This document shows, in pieces, positions 54,101 to 64,000 of a DNA stretch of 64,000 nt. Source of the DNA: Azolla caroliniana (taxonomy: Eukaryota > Plantae > Polypodiophyta); contig JBHGNT010000035.1 of assembly GCA_043228905.1 (NCBI GenBank), positions 223,327-287,326 of the forward strand, in the 5' to 3' direction. How positions within the stretch are numbered: position 1 is the stretch's first letter; each line of letters starts with the position of its first letter. The notes below the pieces were generated by a model. It had not been told where the DNA came from and did not search any database. It saw nothing but the letters and a program-made list of their open reading frames with translations. A program made the position numbers and the translations under genes.

Positions 54101-57100
54101 AATCCGATATCACACGAGCCAGATATGAACATTTTAATTTACCTACTTGCTCTTGTCAACTCCCACCTCAAATTTGCTAATTTCTTCATGTCGCTCGACC
54201 TGAGTTTTAAAATATTGATTTTTTAATTCCATATCATAGCTAGCGTTGTTAGCTTCGATTCGCATGTTTGAACACAAAAATCCGATATCACACGAGCCAG
54301 ATATGAACATTTTAATTTACCTACTTACTCTTGTCAACTCCTGCCTCAAATTAATTCCATATCATAGCAAGCGTTGTTAGCTTCAATTCGCATGTTTGAA
54401 CACAGAAATCCGATATCACACGAGCCAGATATGAACATTTTAATTTACCTACTTGCTCTTGTCAACTCCCACCTCAAATTTGCTAATTTCTTCATGTCGC
54501 TCGACCTGAGGTTTAAAAAATTGATTTTTTAATTCCATATCATAGCTAGCGTTGTTAGCTTCAATTCGCATGTTTGAACACAGAAATCCGATATCACACG
54601 AGCCAGATATGAACATTTTAATTTACCTACTTGCTCTTGTCAACTCCCACCTCAAATTTGCTAATTTCTTCATGTCGCTCGACCTGATTTTTAAAATTTT
54701 GATTTTTTAATTCCATATCATAGCTAGCGTTGTTAGCTTCGATTCGCACGTTTGAACACAAAAATCCGATATCACACGAGCCAGATATGAACATTTTAAT
54801 TTACCTACTTACTCTTGTCAACTCCTGCCTCAAATTTGCTAATTTCTTCATGTCTCTCGACGTGAGTGTTCAAATCTTGATTTTTTAATTCCATATCATA
54901 GCAAGCGTTGTTAGCTTCAATTCGCATGTTTGAACACCGAAATCCGATATCACACGAGCCAGATATGAACATTTTAATTTACCTACTTGCTCTTGTCAAC
55001 TCCCACCTCAAATTTGCTAATTTCTTCATGTTGTTCGACCTGATTTTTAAAACCTTGATTTTTTAATTCCATATCATAGCTAGCGTTGTTAGCTTCGATT
55101 CGCATGTTTGAACACAAAAATCCGATATCACACGAGCCAGATATGAACATTTTAATTTACCTACTTACTCTTGTCAACTCCTGCCTCAAATTAATTCCAT
55201 ATCATAGCTAGCGTTGATAGCTTCAATTCGCATGTTTGAACACAGAAATCCGATATCACACGAGCCAGATATGAACATTTTAATTTACCTACTTGCTCTT
55301 GTCAACTCCCACCTCAAATTTGCTAATTTCTTCATGTCGCTCGACCTGAGTTTTAAAATATTGATTTTTTAATTCCATATCATAGCTAGCGTTGTTAGCT
55401 TCGATTCGCATGTTTGAACACAAAAATCCGATATCACACGAGCCAGATATGAACATTTTAATTTACCTACTTACTCTTGTCAACTCCTGCCTCAAATTAA
55501 TTCCATATCATAGCAAGCGTTGTTAGCTTCAATTCGCATGTTTGAACACAGAAATCCGATATCACACGAGCCAGATATGAACATTTTAATTTACCTACTT
55601 GCTCTTGTCAACTCCCACCTCAAATTTGCTAATTTCTTCATGTCGCTCGACCTGAGTTTTAAAATCTTGATTTTTTAATTCCATATCATAGCTAGCGTTG
55701 TTAGCTTCAATTCGCAAGTTTGAACACAGAAATCCGATATCACACGAGCTAGATATGAACATTTTAATTTACCTACTCGCTCTTGTCAACTCCCACCTCA
55801 AATTTGCTAATTTCTTCATGTCGCTCGACCTGAGTTTTAAAATCTTGATTTTTTAATTCCATATCATAGCTAGCGTTGTTAGCTTCGATTCGCATGTTTG
55901 AACACAAAAATCCGATATCACACGAGCCAGATATGAACATTTTAATTTACCTACTTACTCTTGTCAACTCCTGCCTCAAATTTGCTAATTTCTTCATGTC
56001 TCTCGACGTGAGTGTTCAAATCTTGATTTTTTAATTCCATATCATAGCAAGCGTTGTTAGCTTCAATTCGCATGTTTGAACACCGAAATCCGATATCACA
56101 CGAGCCAGATATGAACATTTTAATTTACGTACTTGCTCTTGTCAACTCCCACCTCAAATTTGCTAATTTCTTCATGTTGTTCGACCTGATTTTTAAAACC
56201 TTGATTTTTTAATTCCATATCATAGCTAGCGTTGTTAGCTTCGATTCGCATGTTTGAACACAAAAATCCGATATCACACGAGCCAGATATGAACATTTTA
56301 ATTTACCTACTTACTCTTGTCAACTCCTGCCTCAAATTAATTCCATATCATAGCTAGCGTTGATAGCTTCAATTCGCATGTTTGAACACAGAAATCCGAT
56401 ATCACACGAGCCAGATATGAACATTTTAATTTACCTACTTGCTCTTGTCAACTCCCACCTCAAATTTGCTAATTTCTTCATGTCGCTCGACCTGAGTTTT
56501 AAAATATTGATTTTTTAATTCCATATCATAGCTAGCGTTGTTAGCTTCGATTCGCATGTTTGAACACAAAAATCCGATATCACACGAGCCAGATATGAAC
56601 ATTTTAATTTACCTACTTACTCTTGTCAACTCCTGCCTCAAATTAATTCCATATCATAGCAAGCGTTGTTAGCTTCAATTCGCATGTTTGAACACAGAAA
56701 TCCGATATCACACGAGCCAGATATGAACATTTTAATTTACCTACTTGCTCTTGTCAACTCCCACCTCAAATTTGCTAATTTCTTCATGTCGCTCGACCTG
56801 AGGTTTAAAAAATTGATTTTTTAATTCCATATCATAGCTAGCGTTGTTAGCTTCAATTCGCATGTTTGAACACAGAAATCCGATATCACACGAGCCAGAT
56901 ATGAACATTTTAATTTACCTACTTGCTCTTGTCAACTCCCACCTCAAATTTGCTAATTTCTTCATGTCGCTCGACCTGATTTTTAAAATTTTGATTTTTT
57001 AATTCCATATCATAGCTAGCGTTGTTAGCTTCGATTCGCACGTTTGAACACAAAAATCCGATATCACACGAGCCAGATATGAACATTTTAATTTACCTAC

Positions 57101-59185
57101 TTACTCTTGTCAACTCCTGCCTCAAATTTGCTAATTTCTTCATGTCTCTCGACGTGAGTGTTCAAATCTTGATTTTTTAATTCCATATCATAGCAAGCGT
57201 TGTTAGCTTCAATTCGCATGTTTGAACACCGAAATCCGATATCACACGAGCCAGATATGAACATTTTAATTTACCTACTTGCTCTTGTCAACTCCCACCT
57301 CAAATTTGCTAATTTCTTCATGTTGTTCGACCTGATTTTTAAAACCTTGATTTTTTAATTCCATATCATAGCTAGCGTTGTTAGCTTCGATTCGCATGTT
57401 TGAACACAAAAATCCGATATCACACGAGCCAGATATGAACATTTTAATTTACCTACTTACTCTTGTCAACTCCTGCCTCAAATTAATTCCATATCATAGC
57501 TAGCGTTGATAGCTTCAATTCGCATGTTTGAACACAGAAATCCGATATCACACGAGCCAGATATGAACATTTTAATTTACCTACTTGCTCTTGTCAACTC
57601 CCACCTCAAATTTGCTAATTTCTTCATGTCGCTCGACCTGAGTTTTAAAATATTGATTTTTTAATTCCATATCATAGCTAGCGTTGTTAGCTTCGATTCG
57701 CATGTTTGAACACAAAAATCCGATATCACACGAGCCAGATATGAACATTTTAATTTACCTACTTACTCTTGTCAACTCCTGCCTCAAATTAATTCCATAT
57801 CATAGCAAGCGTTGTTAGCTTCAATTCGCATGTTTGAACACAGAAATCCGATATCACACGAGCCAGATATGAACATTTTAATTTACCTACTTGCTCTTGT
57901 CAACTCCCACCTCAAATTTGCTAATTTCTTCATGTCGCTCGACCTGAGTTTTAAAATCTTGATTTTTTAATTCCATATCATAGCTAGCGTTGTTAGCTTC
58001 AATTCGCAAGTTTAAACACAGAAATCCGATATCACACGAGCTAGATATGAACATTTTAATTTACCTACTCGCTCTTGTCAACTCCCACCTCAAATTTGCT
58101 AATTTCTTCATGTCGCTCGACCTGAGTTTTAAAATCTTGATTTTTTAATTCCATATCATAGCTAGCGTTGTTAGCTTCGATTCGCATGTTTGAACACAAA
58201 AATCCGATATCACACGAGCCAGATATGAACATTTTAATTTACCTACTTACTCTTGTCAACTCCTGCCTCAAATTTGCTAATTTCTTCATGTCTCTCGACG
58301 TGAGTGTTCAAATCTTGATTTTTTAATTCCATATCATAGCAAGCGTTGTTAGCTTCAATTCGCATGTTTGAACACCGAAATCCGATATCACACGAGCCAG
58401 ATATGAACATTTTAATTTACGTACTTGCTCTTGTCAACTCCCACCTCAAATTTGCTAATTTCTTCATGTTGTTCGACCTGATTTTTAAAACCTTGATTTT
58501 TTAATTCCATATCATAGCTAGCGTTGTTAGCTTCGATTCGCATGTTTGAACACAAAAATCCGATATCACACGAGCCAGATATGAACATTTTAATTTACCT
58601 ACTTACTCTTGTCAACTCCTGCCTCAAATTAATTCCATATCATAGCTAGCGTTGATAGCTTCAATTCGCATGTTTGAACACAGAAATCCGATATCACACG
58701 AGCCAGATATGAACATTTTAATTTACCTACTTGCTCTTGTCAACTCCCACCTCAAATTTGCTAATTTCTTCATGTCGCTCGACCTGAGTTTTAAAATATT
58801 GATTTTTTAATTCCATATCATAGCTAGCGTTGTTAGCTTCGATTCGCATGTTTGAACACAAAAATCCGATATCACACGAGCCAGATATGAACATTTTAAT
58901 TTACCTACTTACTCTTGTCAACTCCTGCCTCAAATTAATTCCATATCATAGCAAGCGTTGTTAGCTTCAATTCGCATGTTTGAACACAGAAATCCGATAT
59001 CACACGAGCCAGATATGAACATTTTAATTTACCTACTTGCTCTTGTCAACTCCCACCTCAAATTTGCTAATTTCTTCATGTCGCTCGACCTGAGTTTTAA
59101 AATCTTGATTTTTTAATTCCATATCATAGCTAGCGTTGTTAGCTTCGATTCGCATGTTTGAACACAAAAATCCGATATCACACGA
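51164..59185. repeat. Regular 7-mer HOR, 1146 bp (5x178 + 2x128), 7 consecutive units, with 2292-bp super-period
   Basis: The first short monomer of each unit starts at 51698, 52844, 53990, 55136, 56282, 57428 and 58574 (spacing 1146). The second short monomer starts 306 bp later each time. Confidence 0.95.
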
Positions 59186-60637
59186 GCCAGATATGAACAT
59201 TTTAATTTACGTACTTGCTCTTGTCAACTCCCACCTCAAATTTGCTAATTTCTTCATGTCGCTCGACCTGATTTTTAAAATCTTGATTTTTTAATTCCAT
59301 ATCATAGCTAGCGTTGTTAGCTTCGATTCGCATGTTTGAACACAAAAATCCGATATCACACGAGCCAGATATGAACATTTTAATTTACCTACTTACTCTT
59401 GTCAACTCCTGCCTCAAATTAATTCCATATCATAGCTAGCGTTGTTAGCTTCAATTCGCATGTTTGAACACAGAAATCCGATATCACACGAGCCAGTTAT
59501 GAACATTTTAATTTACCTACTTGCTCTTGTCAACTCCCACCTCAAATTTGCTAATTTCTTCATGTCGCTCGACCTGAGTTTTAAAATCTTGATTTTTTAA
59601 TTCCATATCATAGCTAGCGTTGTTAGCTTCAATTCGCATGTTTGAATACAGAAAGCCGATATCACACGAGCCAGATATGAACATTTTAATTTACCTACTT
59701 GCTCTTGTCAACTCCCACCTCAAATTTGCTAATTTCTTCATGTCGCTCGACGTGGGTTTCAAAATCTTGACTTTTTATTTCCATATCATAGCAAGCGTTG
59801 TTAGCTTCAATTCGCATGTTTGAACACAGAAATCCGATATCACACGAGCCAGATACGAACATTTTAATTTACCTACTTGCTCTTGTCAACTCCCACCTCC
59901 AATTTGCTAATTTCTTCATGTCGCTCGACCTGATTTTTAAAATCTTGATTTTTTAATTCCATATCATAGCTAGCGTTGTTAGCTTCGATTCGCATGTTTG
60001 AACACAAAAATCCGATATCACACGAGCCAGATATGAACATTTTAATTTACCTACTTACTCTTGTCAACTCCTGCCTCAAATTAATTCCATATCATAGCTA
60101 GCGTTGTTAGCCTCAATTCGCATGTTTGAACACAGAAATCCGATATCACACGAGCCAGATATGAACATTTTAATTTACCTACTTGCTCTTGTCAACTCCC
60201 ACCTCAAATTTGCTAGTTTCTTCATGTCTCTCGACGTGGGTTTAAAAATCTTGACTTTTTCATTCCATATCATAGCAAGCGTTGTTAGCTTCAATTCGCA
60301 TGTTTGAACACAGATATCCGATATCACACGAGCCAGATATGAACATTTTAATTTACCTACTTGCTCTTGTCAACTCCCACCTCAAATTTGCTAATTTCTT
60401 CATGTCGCTCGACCTGATTTTTAAAATCTTGATTTTTTAATTCCATATCATAGCTAGCGTTGTTAGCTTCGATTCGCATGTTTGAACACAAAAATCCGAT
60501 ATCACACGAGCCAGATATGAACATTTTAATTTACCTACTTACTCTTGTCAACTCCTGCCTCAAATTAATTCCATATCATAGCTAGCGTTGTTAGCTTCAA
60601 TTCGCATGTTTGAACACAGAAATCCGATATCACACGA
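59186..60637. repeat. Irregular segment of 128/178-bp monomers interrupting the HOR
   Basis: Short monomers at 59364, 60026 and 60510 break the 306/840 spacing, and several private substitutions are present. Confidence 0.85.
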
Positions 60638-63600
60638 GCCAGTTATGAACATTTTAATTTACCTACTTGCTCTTGTCAACTCCCACCTCAAATTTGCTAA
60701 TTTCTTCATGTCGCTCGACCTGATTTTTAAAACCTTGATTTTTTAATTCCATATCATAGCTAGCGTTGTTAGCTTCGATTCGCATGTTTGAACACAAAAA
60801 TCCGATATCACACGAGCCAGATATGAACATTTTAATTTACCTACTTACTCTTGTCAACTCCTGCCTCAAATTAATTCCATATCATAGCTAGCGTTGATAG
60901 CTTCAATTCGCATGTTTGAACACAGAAATCCGATATCACACGAGCCAGATATGAACATTTTAATTTACCTACTTGCTCTTGTCAACTCCCACCTCAAATT
61001 TGCTAATTTCTTCATGTCGCTCGACCTGAGTTTTAAAATATTGATTTTTTAATTCCATATCATAGCTAGCGTTGTTAGCTTCGATTCGCATGTTTGAACA
61101 CAAAAATCCGATATCACACGAGCCAGATATGAACATTTTAATTTACCTACTTACTCTTGTCAACTCCTGCCTCAAATTAATTCCATATCATAGCAAGCGT
61201 TGTTAGCTTCAATTCGCATGTTTGAACACAGAAATCCGATATCACACGAGCCAGATATGAACATTTTAATTTACCTACTTGCTCTTGTCAACTCCCACCT
61301 CAAATTTGCTAATTTCTTCATGTCGCTCGACCTGAGTTTTAAAATATTGATTTTTTAATTCCATATCATAGCTAGCGTTGTTAGCTTCAATTCGCATGTT
61401 TGAACACAGAAATCCGATATCACACGAGCCAGATATGAACATTTTAATTTACCTACTTGCTCTTGTCAACTCCCACCTCAAATTTGCTAATTTCTTCATG
61501 TCGCTCGACCTGATTTTTAAAATTTTGATTTTTTAATTCCATATCATAGCTAGCGTTGTTAGCTTCGATTCGCACGTTTGAACACAAAAATCCGATATCA
61601 CACGAGCCAGATATGAACATTTTAATTTACCTACTTACTCTTGTCAACTCCTGCCTCAAATTTGCTAATTTCTTCATGTCTCTCGACGTGAGTGTTCAAA
61701 TCTTGATTTTTTAATTCCATATCATAGCAAGCGTTGTTAGCTTCAATTCGCATGTTTGAACACCGAAATCCGATATCACACGAGCCAGATATGAACATTT
61801 TAATTTACCTACTTGCTCTTGTCAACTCCCACCTCAAATTTGCTAATTTCTTCATGTTGTTCGACCTGATTTTTAAAACCTTGATTTTTTAATTCCATAT
61901 CATAGCTAGCGTTGTTAGCTTCGATTCGCATGTTTGAACACAAAAATCCGATATCACACGAGCCAGATATGAACATTTTAATTTACCTACTTACTCTTGT
62001 CAACTCCTGCCTCAAATTAATTCCATATCATAGCTAGCGTTGATAGCTTCAATTCGCATGTTTGAACACAGAAATCCGATATCACACGAGCCAGATATGA
62101 ACATTTTAATTTACCTACTTGCTCTTGTCAACTCCCACCTCAAATTTGCTAATTTCTTCATGTCGCTCGACCTGAGTTTTAAAATATTGATTTTTTAATT
62201 CCATATCATAGCTAGCGTTGTTAGCTTCGATTCGCATGTTTGAACACAAAAATCCGATATCACACGAGCCAGATATGAACATTTTAATTTACCTACTTAC
62301 TCTTGTCAACTCCTGCCTCAAATTAATTCCATATCATAGCAAGCGTTGTTAGCTTCAATTCGCATGTTTGAACACAGAAATCCGATATCACACGAGCCAG
62401 ATATGAACATTTTAATTTACCTACTTGCTCTTGTCAACTCCCACCTCAAATTTGCTAATTTCTTCATGTCGCTCGACCTGAGTTTTAAAATCTTGATTTT
62501 TTAATTCCATATCATAGCTAGCGTTGTTAGCTTCAATTCGCAAGTTTAAACACAGAAATCCGATATCACACGAGCTAGATATGAACATTTTAATTTACCT
62601 ACTCGCTCTTGTCAACTCCCACCTCAAATTTGCTAATTTCTTCATGTCGCTCGACCTGAGTTTTAAAATCTTGATTTTTTAATTCCATATCATAGCTAGC
62701 GTTGTTAGCTTCGATTCGCATGTTTGAACACAAAAATCCGATATCACACGAGCCAGATATGAACATTTTAATTTACCTACTTACTCTTGTCAACTCCTGC
62801 CTCAAATTTGCTAATTTCTTCATGTCTCTCGACGTGAGTGTTCAAATCTTGATTTTTTAATTCCATATCATAGCAAGCGTTGTTAGCTTCAATTCGCATG
62901 TTTGAACACCGAAATCCGATATCACACGAGCCAGATATGAACATTTTAATTTACGTACTTGCTCTTGTCAACTCCCACCTCAAATTTGCTAATTTCTTCA
63001 TGTTGTTCGACCTGATTTTTAAAACCTTGATTTTTTAATTCCATATCATAGCTAGCGTTGTTAGCTTCGATTCGCATGTTTGAACACAAAAATCCGATAT
63101 CACACGAGCCAGATATGAACATTTTAATTTACCTACTTACTCTTGTCAACTCCTGCCTCAAATTAATTCCATATCATAGCTAGCGTTGATAGCTTCAATT
63201 CGCATGTTTGAACACAGAAATCCGATATCACACGAGCCAGATATGAACATTTTAATTTACCTACTTGCTCTTGTCAACTCCCACCTCAAATTTGCTAATT
63301 TCTTCATGTCGCTCGACCTGAGTTTTAAAATATTGATTTTTTAATTCCATATCATAGCTAGCGTTGTTAGCTTCGATTCGCATGTTTGAACACAAAAATC
63401 CGATATCACACGAGCCAGATATGAACATTTTAATTTACCTACTTACTCTTGTCAACTCCTGCCTCAAATTAATTCCATATCATAGCAAGCGTTGTTAGCT
63501 TCAATTCGCATGTTTGAACACAGAAATCCGATATCACACGAGCCAGATATGAACATTTTAATTTACCTACTTGCTCTTGTCAACTCCCACCTCAAATTTG

Positions 63601-64000
63601 CTAATTTCTTCATGTCGCTCGACCTGAGTTTTAAAATCTTGATTTTTTAATTCCATATCATAGCTAGCGTTGTTAGCTTCGATTCGCATGTTTGAACACA
63701 AAAATCCGATATCACACGAGCCAGATATGAACATTTTAATTTACGTACTTGCTCTTGTCAACTCCCACCTCAAATTTGCTAATTTCTTCATGTCGCTCGA
63801 CCTGATTTTTAAAATCTTGATTTTTTAATTCCATATCATAGCTAGCGTTGTTAGCTTCGATTCGCATGTTTGAACACAAAAATCCGATATCACACGAGCC
63901 AGATATGAACATTTTAATTTACCTACTTACTCTTGTCAACTCCTGCCTCAAATTAATTCCATATCATAGCTAGCGTTGTTAGCTTCAATTCGCATGTTTG
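60638..64000. repeat. Resumption of the 1146-bp 7-mer HOR (partial unit, two full units 61428-63719, then start of irregular segment)
   Basis: Short monomer pairs start at 60816/61122, 61962/62268 and 63108/63414. The last short monomer starts at 63898 and is truncated by the window end. Confidence 0.9.

Larger units (their letters stand above)
1..64000. repeat. Tandem satellite array, 178-bp monomer, ~367 head-to-tail copies; candidate centromeric/pericentromeric satellite
   Basis: Seen: GCCAGATATG recurs at 1, 179, 357 ... 1781 (10x178). Phase holds at 7021, 12361, 17701, 23041 and, after a 1-bp deletion, at 28380, 33720, 39060, 44400, 49740. No non-satellite sequence or orientation switch was seen. 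The centromeric role is inference only. Confidence 0.99.

Noticed and set aside
7149-60307. Seven near-identical 67-aa ORFs (7149, 16227, 18007, 27262, 42214, 59620, 60104)
   Set aside because: They start at TTG inside the satellite and exist only where GTGGG replaces the in-frame TGA and TAT/TCA-type variants replace TAA. The 178-bp period is not a multiple of 3, there is no recognisable domain, and their similarity simply reflects monomer duplication.
1-64000. CRISPR-like repeat/spacer array or variable-cassette system
   Set aside because: The variable segments are a handful of recurrent alleles of the same sequence, not unique spacers. There are no cas, recombinase or reverse transcriptase genes, and no leader.
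1-64000. Embedded transposon, inversion or telomeric repeat
   Set aside because: Monomer phase can be followed continuously across the window, with only the 50-bp and 1-bp deletions. This leaves no room for foreign sequence.

Overview
The whole 64 kb window is one uninterrupted, single-orientation tandem satellite array. The monomer is 178 bp and AT-rich (first copy 64/178 = 36% GC by hand count); it begins GCCAGATATGAACATTTTAATTTAC and ends GAAATCCGATATCACACGA. Phase tracking gives about 367 monomers: 26 are a 128-bp variant carrying one recurrent 50-bp deletion, one is a 177-bp copy, and the rest are 178 bp. I found no credible genes, RNA genes, transposon insertions, inversions or CRISPR. 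The seven 67-aa ORFs are by-products of satellite variants that remove stop codons. Monomer length, homogeneity and higher-order repeat (HOR) structure fit eukaryotic centromeric/pericentromeric satellite DNA (inference). I cannot name the organism or family, and it does not match my recollection of the Arabidopsis thaliana CEN178 sequence despite the equal length. The interest lies in the internal architecture. From 1 to ~51 kb there is a patchwork of local block duplications (7, 10, 11, 12, 15, 19 and 52 monomer offsets). From ~51.2 kb there is a regular 1146-bp 7-mer HOR (5x178 + 2x128) with a 2292-bp super-period. A small copy of its core cassette sits 45 kb upstream. I see no evidence for a novel gene-encoded system.
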